From: Candidatus Hodarchaeota archaeon
Lineage (GTDB): Archaea > Asgardarchaeota > Heimdallarchaeia > Hodarchaeales > Hodarchaeaceae
NCBI GenBank assembly: GCA_016839785.1
Contig: JAEOTQ010000076.1
Location: 1-37,881, forward strand
Length of the DNA: 37,881 nucleotides
Reading direction: 5' to 3'
Each line of letters opens with the position of its first letter. Position 1 is the first letter of the stretch. This document shows, one piece after another, positions 10,087 to 20,728 of the stretch. A program made the translations under genes and the position numbers. Under the pieces are notes generated by a model. That model made no database searches. It saw only the letters and a program-made list of their open reading frames with translations, and was not told the origin of the DNA.

Positions 10087-11343
10087 ATGACTCCCCCTTA
10101 TTATGATCAATTAGCTGAATGGACAGATATTGTACCAGAGAGTGAAATTCGCAGACTCCTTCTTTATAATGTAAAATACTACTTTGGAGGAGGAAAACCT
10201 GGAGCCTTACCAATTGATACATTCAAAACAATTCTACGCCAGATTGCAGATAACCTTGATACCACCGGAATTGATATTTTAAACTATGGACCCACTAGCG
10301 GACTATTATCGCTGAAAACAGTACTTGGAGAGAGAATGAAGAGAATTGAGGGCATTGAGATTCCACGAGGACCTGATGATATTCTCATTACCTCAGGCTC
10401 TCAACAAATGTTATACGCCCTTCTCGATACGCTAATTCGTCCGAAAGATGTAATAGTAATGGCAAGACCATCCTATCTTGGATTTGTTGTGCCAGTTACA
10501 AAGCTTGGAGGAAATGTTCTTACTGTTCCCTCTGATATCGATGGTCTCATTCCTGAACATGTTGAAAAAGCAATTAATGTGTGTAAACGAGAACTAAATC
10601 GAACACCTAAAGCTATCTATGTTGTTTCTGATTCTGATAATCCAAAAGGCACTACATTACCAGAAAAGAGGAGAAAAGCTCTCTTTGATATAGCGGTTGA
10701 AAATGAAATCCTATTAATTGAGGATGCGGCTTATAGAGAAATTCAGTTCGGAAAAATACCCCCTCCAATAAAGAAATATGATCCTGAAAATAAATGGGTT
10801 GCATATCTTCGAACAAGTAGTAAAGAAGCCGCAGTGCTTAGACTTGGATACTCAATTCTTCCAGAGGAGATTATGACTCCAGTAATAAAAGATAAAGGAT
10901 ATCTTGACCTATGCACCTCTTCATTTATTCAAAAAATGCTTGAAATCTATTATGCCAATCACATTGATAATGTCCTTGCGGATAACTTGAAAATATATAA
11001 GCGACGTAGAGATGCAATGAAAAAGATGATTGAAACGTATTTTCCCTCAAATGGCTTCAGCACTACTCCGACTGGAGGATTTTTCTTTTGGTTTCAAATG
11101 GAAAATGAGTCTTTTGACTCAGGAAAGTTCATGCAAGAAAAAGCTATTCCAAATAATGTTCTATATGTTCCAGGAAAGGCTTTTTATCCTATTAAAGGAT
11201 ATTCTATTAGTGCTGGTGATTCAAAACTTCACGGTAATCGAATTAAAACTAATGGAATGAGAATAAGCTATTCATTTGTTTCCTCCCAAATGATACTTGA
11301 GGGAATGGAAATCCTTGGAAAATTACTACAAAAGGAAGTTTAA
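10087..11343 (+). CDS. PLP-dependent class I/II aminotransferase (ARO8/LysN-like, no HTH domain)
   Basis: FGGGKP, YGPTSG, ITSGSQQ, NPKGTT, IEDAAY, SSK (PLP lysine) followed by LRLGY, GGFFFW, RISYS. Confidence 0.9.
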   Translation: MTPPYYDQLAEWTDIVPESEIRRLLLYNVKYYFGGGKPGALPIDTFKTILRQIADNLDTTGIDILNYGPTSGLLSLKTVLGERMKRIEGIEIPRGPDDILITSGSQQMLYALLDTLIRPKDVIVMARPSYLGFVVPVTKLGGNVLTVPSDIDGLIPEHVEKAINVCKRELNRTPKAIYVVSDSDNPKGTTLPEKRRKALFDIAVENEILLIEDAAYREIQFGKIPPPIKKYDPENKWVAYLRTSSKEAAVLRLGYSILPEEIMTPVIKDKGYLDLCTSSFIQKMLEIYYANHIDNVLADNLKIYKRRRDAMKKMIETYFPSNGFSTTPTGGFFFWFQMENESFDSGKFMQEKAIPNNVLYVPGKAFYPIKGYSISAGDSKLHGNRIKTNGMRISYSFVSSQMILEGMEILGKLLQKEV

Positions 11344-11396
11344 TACGGGTACTAAAGAATTATGTTCTTTCTGATGTCAAATTAATGAAATGGGTC

Positions 11397-13088
11397 CTAG
11401 GTGAATTTTCCAGTGCTGATGTACCACGTGAATCCAGGAAAAGATTTCTCATCAATTTGACGTTGATAAACATTGCAGAGATTATGAATACCTGTTAGAA
11501 GCGCAAGATCTAACCAGTTCCATGAAACTTCCTGAACATCCTTACCGTGAGTGAAACGACCATAATTATGAGAGAGCATAAGCTCCAAATTCCGTATCTT
11601 TCTCCTCAATTTCTTATCTCCTTGGTTTTTTCTTAGTTCATCATGATCTTGAACCAAGGTTTTGTTATCTTCAAGGGGAATGCTTTGCAAATGAATCCGC
11701 ATTGCTTCCAAGGCTGCATGTTTATCTGAAATTGTCTTTCCTTCATTAAACGTTTTAAAGATGCTTAATACTTTCTCTTGGAGTGAGGGTTTCCCTATTT
11801 CAGAAGCAGATTTTTCTCCCCAAGGAGTACTATAGTAAATTCGATTTGACCGTATTAGAATAGGCGGTTCAATATTTAGTCTTTTCATAGCGGGAATTAC
11901 TGCTGAATAATATTGTGTTTCCCCTCCTCCTCCAATATGTACTAATATTGGAAAAGTAATATTATTCACCATAGCTCGGGAGTCAGAACGGGGTGTTATA
12001 TTTATCTCAATATCACTTAGATCTGGATGGTTCGAATCATAAGAGAAAGAATATTTTTCATTACACGATAAACATTGACCTTCCAGAACACCTATTTGAA
12101 TGACTTCTAGTTCTACTCTAGTTCGGGTCTCACAATTCATACATTCTAGGAAGAAGGGAACATAATTTTTGTCTCTTAAAGGTAAACCTGGAGGGAGATT
12201 TAGACCAATTATTTTTTCATGAATCGAATTCAAGGTTTCAATATAATTTATCCGATTTTTTTCAGTTAGTAAGAATTCAAAAGCAGGTAGAACTAGCTTT
12301 CGATATCTCAAATTACTGGATGGAGTCAAAAAAATCCGTAAATTGTTTCTTAAAATTAAGAGAGTGCTCCATATCTTCTGACTCCAAGATGAGAAATCCT
12401 CTACTGAAAGAGCAGAATCATTAATTATATCAAACCACGTTTGAAATCGTTCATACAATAGAATCCGATTCTGAGGCAGTATCTTCGCATATTTCATCAA
12501 TAGTCGCAAATTTTCTTGAATTTTTCCTCTGCTTTCTAATAACCATTTTTGTGAAGGAACAGGTACACGGTGCATCGGTGTATTTTCAGGAACATCCCAA
12601 GAAGGTGGAGTGATGAGTAAACCAGAAGACGAATTTGCCTGTGGAAACCGAGTTACGGTTAATTCATTTTGGATAGAATCGTGATCTCCAATGTAAAAAA
12701 GCGCACCTAATCCAATAAATTTACCAATCCAATCTGCTAACGAGACTTTATTCATGAGAAAAGATGACCCACCAAAAATCAATGGTTGGTGACCAACATC
12801 TACGAGTCCTGAATCAAGCTTCTCCAGACTCTCCTTAACAAGAAACGTTAAGCTTCCCATTGCCCGATTGTGATCGACAGCAATTCTCCGTAATTCTTCT
12901 ACATTCTCTTGGAATTTCTCCAAACTATGAGACTGTTGACGGATTGTTATCTTTTTCTTTAAATCCGCATATGTTGAAGGAATATCTCCCCAAAATTGTT
13001 GAGTCAGATCATTCGGATTACCAGTAGCGGCTAGACGATATAATTCAAGGAGATTGTTAAATTTTGGTGCCAAGGTGATCATTCTCAC
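11397..13088 (-). CDS. bshC: BshC-like protein (bacillithiol cysteine-adding enzyme family) with a zinc-ribbon insert
   Basis: GHQPLIFGG...NK, GDHD, TPRSDSR and HIGGGGETQYY follow the order of BshC motifs (GQQ...GP..K, EDHD, SPNV..R, GGPGE..Y). Similar length. Extra CMNC...CLSC. Confidence 0.7.
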   Translation of the reverse strand: MRMITLAPKFNNLLELYRLAATGNPNDLTQQFWGDIPSTYADLKKKITIRQQSHSLEKFQENVEELRRIAVDHNRAMGSLTFLVKESLEKLDSGLVDVGHQPLIFGGSSFLMNKVSLADWIGKFIGLGALFYIGDHDSIQNELTVTRFPQANSSSGLLITPPSWDVPENTPMHRVPVPSQKWLLESRGKIQENLRLLMKYAKILPQNRILLYERFQTWFDIINDSALSVEDFSSWSQKIWSTLLILRNNLRIFLTPSSNLRYRKLVLPAFEFLLTEKNRINYIETLNSIHEKIIGLNLPPGLPLRDKNYVPFFLECMNCETRTRVELEVIQIGVLEGQCLSCNEKYSFSYDSNHPDLSDIEINITPRSDSRAMVNNITFPILVHIGGGGETQYYSAVIPAMKRLNIEPPILIRSNRIYYSTPWGEKSASEIGKPSLQEKVLSIFKTFNEGKTISDKHAALEAMRIHLQSIPLEDNKTLVQDHDELRKNQGDKKLRRKIRNLELMLSHNYGRFTHGKDVQEVSWNWLDLALLTGIHNLCNVYQRQIDEKSFPGFTWYISTGKFT

Positions 13089-13366
13089 TGTATATCTTAT
13101 GAAGTAGATTATGCATGGAAGATTAGATGTACTTTTTCAAATAGCTTTTGCATAAAAACGTTGATGATACATATATGCGAAATCCTCCCCAGAATTAATA
13201 ACTAATCTTCGAGAAGTCTCCCAGAAAAAATGGGGTTTCAAAATTCTTTTATAGCCACTTATTATATCTCATGTAAAAGAAAAATTAAGAGAAGATTTTC
13301 CCAATAATCTCTTTTAATCTTTAAATCTAGTCGTTAAATTGTTGAATTACTTGGAGAGACAAATAA

Positions 13367-16300
13367 TTGAGATTTATTACTCTTTACAATAAAAGAAAAC
13401 GCGCAATATCCCCTGTTATTGCTGTTATTTTATTAATTGGACTTGCGGTCGCTGCTAGTGCCGCTATATTTCTTGTAGTGTTGCCACTTTTTGAACCAAC
13501 AACCAGTCTTGAGCTAAATGATGCATACGTCCTTTATGACGGAACATGGACAAAAGCTGTTGAAGATGGTAATGGTTATGGCATTGGTACCCTTGTTCTT
13601 TCAAATGCTGGAACAGGTGAAGTCGAAATAGTTTCGTTTAAGGTTTTTTATTCTATTGCAATAGGAACTGGATGGACAGAAATTACTGGTGCTGTGAGTA
13701 TAGATGACATATCCACGTCAAATCCGTACGTTATAGACCCTCTAAAGACTTTTGATTCCATCAATATTCGTTTTCCCCTTCCTCAAGAAAACGACGATCT
13801 TGCAGTATACTATCAGCTGGTCGCTGAAACTAGCGGTGGAAGTACGATAGATACTATGGATGAAACTGATACAGTTGATGCAGAGGATATGAAATTATCT
13901 GCAGATAGACCATCTATAGGGTCTGTGACCTTGGGTACAATAAGAAGAACGCACACAGTCTCTCCATCCTCTATCTCCGATAATTCTGAAGTAAAAGAAG
14001 TGGTCTTTGAAGTAGTTCCGGTAGGAGGGGGAAGTCCATTATCCAAAACTATATCTGAACCTCTTTGGAGATGGAGCTGGAATACTAGGACCCCAGCTAG
14101 CCCTGAAGGACTTGCAAATGGTGATTACACAATGGATATCACTGTGTACGACTATGCTGGCTTGTCAGATTCTCTTTCAGCAGCAGTTCCTCTAACTATT
14201 GATAACGATTATACACCTCCAACAATTAACTATGTAGAAGGAGAAGCCCCCGAAGCAGAGGTAGGGACTACTTATGAAGTTATAGCTAATGTTATTGACA
14301 CTGGTTCTGGTGATTCGGATGTAGAAGATGTTTTTCTGCATTATCGTTTGGAAAACTCTACCATCAATACAACTGTAGGTATGGTTGAAGGTTTTGGTAA
14401 TAACTGGACCGCTTCAATTCCAATAGATGCGATGGCATTAGAGAATGATATAGATTATTATGTTGATGCTCGTGATAAGGATGAAAATAAGTTTGTTAAC
14501 CCTAAAACGGTTTTAACATCTGTGGATACTCAAAATCCTGATATAACACATACTCCTCGCACCTTAGCAGATGAACAGGAAGAAATCACATTTGTTGCAG
14601 AAGTAGAGGATCCAGGACTTGTTGATACTTCTAATGTTGATCTTTATATCCGAAAGTCAAATGATCTGGATGCAAATGCAACTGTGTCAGGAGAGGTGCT
14701 TCCTTCTTCATGGGTGCAATTAAACCCAAGTAATATCGTAAAAACGGACAGTATAACTTGGGAATTCACTTGGATAATACCTGAGGCATACTTCAACGTT
14801 ACCATACATGGATTAGACTATTATATATCTGCTACAGATGTGTATGGGCCTAATACAGCACTACACGGTACATCAATAATACCACACCATATACAAATAC
14901 TAGATTTGAATCCACCCGATTTTGTTGGGATTTCAGCAGGGAATTTCCCTTCCTCCTGGACTGAAAATACTAGTTATCCAATAACACTTCAAATCAATGA
15001 TAACGACCCAACCTTCGGTAGAGATGTTGGTGGGGATTTAACCTCATTTAATACAGGTGAGGTTACCATCCACTTCAAAACTTGGAACGGTGATCCTGGA
15101 CAGACATTCATCCCTGCAAACATTAATTCATCTGTTCATACTTTAGGAAATAGTAGTAATGGTGAGATCACTGTCTGGTTCGGGACTATTCCCAGAACAG
15201 CTTTTATTTTCGATGCAAATCATCGAGTTGACTTCTATTTAACCGTGAACGATCAATCTAAGGTAGCTCAAGATCAGGATGGTGTAGTGCCTACTCGTTG
15301 GCCTAGTGCAGGATTTTACAGTATTGATGTAAAAGAAACAGGTCAACCAGATGTGAAATACCTCATTGGAAGCTCTACTCTGAAAAATAACAACGCAACA
15401 GTGGCTTTCATGGTTAACAATACAGCTAGTGGTCAATCTGAAACTGCTGACGCAACTCTAACAGGCATGTTTCTTGAAATTTTCAGTAGTGACTGGAACT
15501 TTGCAAATGGTGCTCCTAATTTAACTTCTGTGTATTTCACGAGATTTAACGGTAATGACTATTCCTATAATGATACTGTTGGTTCTCCTCACCCATGGGG
15601 TGGCAATGGTTCTTGGATAACCTTTGAAACTGGAATTGAAGGAACTGTAGAAGATGATTTTGATTGGAATATTATCGAACTCACATTTTCAAACACCTCT
15701 GGTGGATCGATAAACATGCATAATATGATATTAAACATCACTTTCACAGCCAAAGTGGGTATGAATGATGTTGCTGATCAGAAATTAGTCTTGATTGCAA
15801 CTCCTGGTGTTGAACCACCGTCATCAATTTACCCAGCTTATCTGTATTCAGGAAGATACTATATTGCAAACTGGTTAGTTACCCCGGGTTACTCATATGG
15901 CTCATCTGGACTTGGTTGGGATTCAGAACTGGAAGAACCCTGGACATCTCCATCTGAATACTCAAGGACTGATATTGCCTCAGGAATGGTCTTTCCTTAT
16001 GATGGGTTTGGAGTAACACTAGGTTATGGAACTTATACTACAGATACATGGAAAATGGCTGTAAATAATGAAAATGGATATCGAATGAATATTGACTCAA
16101 TGATGGGTTCAGTATCTAATACATATGTTTGGTTTTATGCAGTTATTGAATTCAGTGGTAGTATCCCTTCCCCAACTTACATGTATCTTGGTTCAGATGA
16201 TGAGGCGATCTGCTATATAAATGGACAAGTCGCAGGACAATATGGAAGTCCACGAGGATATGGTGAAACCCAATTCCAAGTCACATCCTTGTTGAAAGGC

Positions 16301-16573
16301 GATGGTGAGAAAAATTACATTCTCTTTGGAGTCCACGAAGATGGTGGTAACTATCGTGGTGGATTAGCTTTTTCACAAAACTTCCAAGTCAAGATTTTCA
16401 CAGGCCCTCCTCCAGCTCCTTTAGGTTTTCCTCTATTGGCAAGGGGTTTCTCTTCTATTCCTGGTATAGCATTTTTCGATAACCCCATGATCTATTACCC
16501 ATTTCAAATGGCAAGTAGCATTATGACAATTTGTCGAGAGAAAATTTTCATTGAATCTGAAGATGGTTTCTGA
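13367..16573 (+). CDS. Giant archaeal type IV pilin-like surface protein/adhesin (class III signal peptide, Ig-like repeats, PA14-like C-terminal domain)
   Basis: KRKRA|ISPVIAVILLIGLAV class III signal. Acidic, Thr/Ser-rich beta composition with repeated D.TPP/D..NP.I and YY..A.D motifs. Many N-x-S/T sequons. YLGSDDEAICYING resembles PA14. Confidence 0.85.
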   Translation: MRFITLYNKRKRAISPVIAVILLIGLAVAASAAIFLVVLPLFEPTTSLELNDAYVLYDGTWTKAVEDGNGYGIGTLVLSNAGTGEVEIVSFKVFYSIAIGTGWTEITGAVSIDDISTSNPYVIDPLKTFDSINIRFPLPQENDDLAVYYQLVAETSGGSTIDTMDETDTVDAEDMKLSADRPSIGSVTLGTIRRTHTVSPSSISDNSEVKEVVFEVVPVGGGSPLSKTISEPLWRWSWNTRTPASPEGLANGDYTMDITVYDYAGLSDSLSAAVPLTIDNDYTPPTINYVEGEAPEAEVGTTYEVIANVIDTGSGDSDVEDVFLHYRLENSTINTTVGMVEGFGNNWTASIPIDAMALENDIDYYVDARDKDENKFVNPKTVLTSVDTQNPDITHTPRTLADEQEEITFVAEVEDPGLVDTSNVDLYIRKSNDLDANATVSGEVLPSSWVQLNPSNIVKTDSITWEFTWIIPEAYFNVTIHGLDYYISATDVYGPNTALHGTSIIPHHIQILDLNPPDFVGISAGNFPSSWTENTSYPITLQINDNDPTFGRDVGGDLTSFNTGEVTIHFKTWNGDPGQTFIPANINSSVHTLGNSSNGEITVWFGTIPRTAFIFDANHRVDFYLTVNDQSKVAQDQDGVVPTRWPSAGFYSIDVKETGQPDVKYLIGSSTLKNNNATVAFMVNNTASGQSETADATLTGMFLEIFSSDWNFANGAPNLTSVYFTRFNGNDYSYNDTVGSPHPWGGNGSWITFETGIEGTVEDDFDWNIIELTFSNTSGGSINMHNMILNITFTAKVGMNDVADQKLVLIATPGVEPPSSIYPAYLYSGRYYIANWLVTPGYSYGSSGLGWDSELEEPWTSPSEYSRTDIASGMVFPYDGFGVTLGYGTYTTDTWKMAVNNENGYRMNIDSMMGSVSNTYVWFYAVIEFSGSIPSPTYMYLGSDDEAICYINGQVAGQYGSPRGYGETQFQVTSLLKGDGEKNYILFGVHEDGGNYRGGLAFSQNFQVKIFTGPPPAPLGFPLLARGFSSIPGIAFFDNPMIYYPFQMASSIMTICREKIFIESEDGF

Positions 16574-16610
16574 AAGATTTCAGAAACCTTCACTCTTTTT
16601 CTTTTTATTT
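16565..16610 (+). terminator. Hairpin plus T-tract terminator after the giant pilin gene
   Basis: Perfect inverted repeat GGTTTCTGAAA-GA-TTTCAGAAACC (16565-16588) spanning the stop codon, followed by CTTTTTCTTTTTATTT. Confidence 0.6.
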
Positions 16611-16621
16611 GAGAGTTATTA

Positions 16622-17887
16622 ATGACACTGAGTCAAGATATTAGCGATATTGCCATCATAGGTACAGGACCTGCAGGATTATTAGCTGGATATGAAACAA
16701 ACCCATCATTAAATGACTCACAAGTTGATATTTTTACAAAAAGCTCAAAAATCGGACACCCTGAACACTGTTCGGGATTAATCTCTTTTGAGGGGCTGCA
16801 ACGACTTAATGTAAGCATGCCTGATCTAAAGAAAAAGATAGGTTATAACTCGATTCGTTATGCAAAATTAATCGCTCCAAATAATTTATCTTTTAGAATA
16901 GACCGTGGTACCAAAGCAATGATAGTGTTAGATAGACCTAAACTTGATGGCTATTTTGCTGCAAAAACTCGGAAAAGAGGATGCAATCTTCATTTAAAAT
17001 GCAAAATCCACAAGATTGGTTATACTAAAGGATACTGGTTCCTATTAATGACGAATCAAGGGAAAAAGAGTGTCACAAAATCGAAATTTCTAATTAATGC
17101 AGAGGGGATTCATACACATCTTGCAAAATCTTTACAGTTACCTGTTCCGAATCATAAATGGCATTTTCCAGCGTTCCAAGCTGTTATTGATGGAGTGAAG
17201 GATTTAGAAAGGGATTGCAGCGAATTGTACTTCGGTCAGGAATTTGCCCCTGGTTTTTTTGGATGGGTTATTCCCTTAAATGAGGAATCAGCCCGAGTAG
17301 GAGTAGCAGTGGGATCATGGACTGGAAATAATACCCGTAAATACTTTTATAAGTTCCTGAAATCTCATCCCAGGTTGAAAAATCGTTTAAGAAAGGATAA
17401 GATCGTTAAAACCTATGGGGGAATTGTACCAGGCGCAGGACCTATTTCTCGGACGTACCATACCAATTATATGGTTATAGGTGATGCAGCTGGTCAAACA
17501 AAAGCAACAACGGGAGGAGGCGTAAATATTGGTGGTTTTTGTGGTCGAATAGCTGGTAAATATTCGAAAAAAATTATTTCGAACGAGATCTCATCAAAAC
17601 AAGGGTGTGTTGATTATCAAAAACAATGGAGAGCATTTTTTGAACCCAATCTGAGTCTCATGAAATTTTTCAGAAGAACATTATCTTTCTTACCTGACAA
17701 AGACTGGAACAAAATTTTCCAAATCGCTTCAACAACTGGTTTAGAGAAAAATATGAAAGTAACAGATATTGATTTACATGGTACTGGACTATTAAATTAT
17801 GCTTTTCAACCGAAAGTAATTACAAAAGGTTTGAAACTGACCCCCCATCTACTCCTCAGTTATTTAAGAGGGGTATTACCTGATTAA
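16622..17887 (+). CDS. Geranylgeranyl reductase family FAD-dependent oxidoreductase
   Basis: IIGTGPAG, HCSGL, LDRPKLD, NAEG, PGFFGWVIP, GDAAGQTKATTGGG. Confidence 0.88.
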   Translation: MTLSQDISDIAIIGTGPAGLLAGYETNPSLNDSQVDIFTKSSKIGHPEHCSGLISFEGLQRLNVSMPDLKKKIGYNSIRYAKLIAPNNLSFRIDRGTKAMIVLDRPKLDGYFAAKTRKRGCNLHLKCKIHKIGYTKGYWFLLMTNQGKKSVTKSKFLINAEGIHTHLAKSLQLPVPNHKWHFPAFQAVIDGVKDLERDCSELYFGQEFAPGFFGWVIPLNEESARVGVAVGSWTGNNTRKYFYKFLKSHPRLKNRLRKDKIVKTYGGIVPGAGPISRTYHTNYMVIGDAAGQTKATTGGGVNIGGFCGRIAGKYSKKIISNEISSKQGCVDYQKQWRAFFEPNLSLMKFFRRTLSFLPDKDWNKIFQIASTTGLEKNMKVTDIDLHGTGLLNYAFQPKVITKGLKLTPHLLLSYLRGVLPD

Positions 17888-19240
17888 TCAACCTGATTGA
17901 AGACGGTTCTCGATTTGTTCTATTGATTTCACTAAGTCTCGACTTTGTTCATGAATATCTTTTACATTTTTTACTATTTCTAGACTATGATCCTGATACG
18001 AGGAGAGAAAACTTGTAAGAGGGACAAAAAAGCTTTGAATTTGATCTAATTGCTTTAACTCCGCTTCTGCTGTTAAAAAATCTCCTTTTGAAATCTTACT
18101 CTCTGTAGAAGTGACAAGATTGTTAATGATTGATCGCATCCCTTCTACGATTGGTTTTACTTCCAAATGTTCAGAGGATATTATAGGGGTAAGCACGTCT
18201 TGAAGATCTTTTCCCACCTTATTTAGCCGATTAGTTAATTTATCACCTTTCTTCTCAATTCTGATAGGAAATATGGCCGTTCCAAGTGAGAGTGAGTTTT
18301 TATTTCCAAGCATATCGGTGAATTCTGCGAAGACAGGTATTTCAATTGAAATCTCCTGATTTCCCTCTCCAGAAGGACATACAAGCGTAAATTGTCCTTC
18401 AGAAAGCTCTCCTGGTTGAAGCTGGTCTTTAAAGATCTGGTTTTGACCTGATACTGTGGTAAGATTTGATGGAATATTTATTGAAGCCATTACATTGAAA
18501 GCAATCCCCTCTCCAATATTTTCAAGCTTCACTGAGAAAGGAAAATTCTCACCAAATATTATATCAGAATGATACTGGAACATGGCTTTCACAGATGGAA
18601 ATTTCATGTTATTCATTAGGATCTGACGTGTTAGATCAAGAGCTCTTTTTATTCCACCTACAAACATAGCTGCAGGTTTTGTAGTCATTAAATACTGCTC
18701 TGTAAAGTCTGAAGCTTGTTGTAATAATTTTGGATCTGGATTAGACTTATTTATGGCTGTAACTAGATTATATGGAATATAAAGACAAGCAGTTGCTGCT
18801 TGATTGTTCGAGAAATCATTAGTTTTAATGAACTCGTCAAGATGGGTATTTACATTCCAATCTCCAGTTATAATTCTTAATAGCGACGATATGGTCATTA
18901 ATGCAGCACCTCCGATTAGATCATCCCAAGTAATATGCTCTTGAGAAGCCTTGGCTAGTGCTTTTGCTGACAAGATTAACCATTGAAACTCGAGATTTGA
19001 ATCATTTAAGAAGTTCTTGACAACTTGAGAACCAGAATAATACTGGTAAGCCGCATTTTTGAACTGTCCTTTCTTATCCAACTCCTGACCGTACGATTGA
19101 ATAAGTTGGACAGTTTCACGTGCTGCTTTGGTTCTTTGAATCGCATCCTGTATATTATTAAGTGATGTTAGTGCCGTTTGAACCTCATTAGCAGTATTAG
19201 ATTTACTCAGACGTTCAAAAAGTTCGTTTACAAACGACAT
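17888..19240 (-). CDS. Hypothetical cytoplasmic protein: N-terminal helical repeats, one CARDB/DUF11-like Ig domain, C-terminal helical bundle/coiled coil
   Basis: Start moved to ATG 19240 because GAGGAG lies at 19251-19256. GENFPFSVKLENIGEGIAFNV...LQPGE is an Ig-like pattern. No signal peptide. Confidence 0.75.
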   Translation of the reverse strand: MSFVNELFERLSKSNTANEVQTALTSLNNIQDAIQRTKAARETVQLIQSYGQELDKKGQFKNAAYQYYSGSQVVKNFLNDSNLEFQWLILSAKALAKASQEHITWDDLIGGAALMTISSLLRIITGDWNVNTHLDEFIKTNDFSNNQAATACLYIPYNLVTAINKSNPDPKLLQQASDFTEQYLMTTKPAAMFVGGIKRALDLTRQILMNNMKFPSVKAMFQYHSDIIFGENFPFSVKLENIGEGIAFNVMASINIPSNLTTVSGQNQIFKDQLQPGELSEGQFTLVCPSGEGNQEISIEIPVFAEFTDMLGNKNSLSLGTAIFPIRIEKKGDKLTNRLNKVGKDLQDVLTPIISSEHLEVKPIVEGMRSIINNLVTSTESKISKGDFLTAEAELKQLDQIQSFFVPLTSFLSSYQDHSLEIVKNVKDIHEQSRDLVKSIEQIENRLQSG

Positions 19241-19806
19241 GTTATTGTTTCTCCTCTTTAAATTTATGATGTGGAAGTTACAAATCATTGTGAATTGGAT
19301 TTAATCAAATGAAAACCGAAATGTTTCTAGCTGAAAGGAGTACAAACCATATTATTAATGCTTCTGAATTTTGTATGTGTTTCTTTCTATATTCATTTCT
19401 ATTTTGTTTCTTAAATATACGCTTTCTCACAATTAGAATATTATAAATATCATTACATGGTCCCTCCATTCTGAATATCAGCACAGAACGAAACTAAATT
19501 CAGGATAACGAAGTACGACCCTTTTTGATCCCTTATCATCATTTTTTGGTTCTTTCTTCTCAATAGGACATAATTTAAGAACAAAAATTAATGAATCTCT
19601 GTTTTAAAATAGTCTTTTCTCCCCTCAAACAAATCCATTGAATACGAAATTTTCTTTGGTGATTTGCACATCTTTAAAAGAATCAGGCCAATCTTACGTT
19701 ACTTGATTGAAAATACGTATCAAGTAAATTTCTGATATAATTTATACACGATTCCTCAATCAAAACACCTATCAAAGAGAGAAAGTGAAAATTCGGAGGT
19801 TTAAGT

Positions 19807-20514
19807 TTGGTTTTTTTCCTCAGTAAAAAGGAAGTTGAAATTCCAGATATTCTTAAGAAGGATCCTGCAGCAAAAAAGGCTTACAAAGAGATATTAGAGG
19901 GACTGGAAAAAGCTCTGATTTTATATATTTATGATTCAGGCCCTTACCCCCCAGACGAAGGGACTCAGATCTTACCCTTTACTGATTTAGCAAATTGGGC
20001 GGAACAAGATTGGAAACTTCTTTATCCAAAATTTGAGAAAAAGAGGTGGTTAGTTATCTTCGTTGCACGAGGAGGTTATCAGTTAATAGATTTGATTGAA
20101 AATAAAATTGATGACTTTGTTTGGACATACTTCAAACCTCGAACAGAAGCTCGCGACTTTGAAGATGATAGTATCTTTGAAGAGTATCGTGATCCCGCCT
20201 TTGAAGAAAAATTTGCTGATTTTATGGATGAAAATGTTTCTATTTTGTTTGTTGAGGATATAATATCCACAGGGGAAAATCTGGAAGCTGCATTTGATTA
20301 CACAATGGAAGTTGCAGAAGAATACAATGTTGAGGTAGGAGATGTTGTAACTATTGCTTTAATTTCACGTATGAGAAATCTCGGAACTATCCCGATATAT
20401 GGAGTGCAAACAGATATCCAAATTGATCTTCGATGTTCGTGGGGAAATGATCTACCTGATAGAATTGATGCACGGGATTTTACCGAAGGTAAAGAATATG
20501 TAGATGATCATTAG
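19807..20514 (+). CDS. Type I phosphoribosyltransferase family protein
   Basis: FVARGG (PPi loop) and ILFVEDIISTGENL (PRPP loop). GGAGGT SD upstream of the TTG start. Confidence 0.8.
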   Translation: MVFFLSKKEVEIPDILKKDPAAKKAYKEILEGLEKALILYIYDSGPYPPDEGTQILPFTDLANWAEQDWKLLYPKFEKKRWLVIFVARGGYQLIDLIENKIDDFVWTYFKPRTEARDFEDDSIFEEYRDPAFEEKFADFMDENVSILFVEDIISTGENLEAAFDYTMEVAEEYNVEVGDVVTIALISRMRNLGTIPIYGVQTDIQIDLRCSWGNDLPDRIDARDFTEGKEYVDDH

Positions 20515-20728
20515 AATCTGCCTCAAAGAGGAGTATTTACAAAGAATAAAAAAAAATATGAGAGGCCTGATAATTAAAATAAAAAGAATCTAGTGGATTT
20601 ACATAATTCAACGGGAAAAAATTACTTTTTTAAATAGGAATTTCATGTATTAAATGATTAGAATAATAACATATGGATTAGCAAAAGAATCGTCAAATAA
20701 GTAAATGACTCAAGGAAAATGAATTAAA

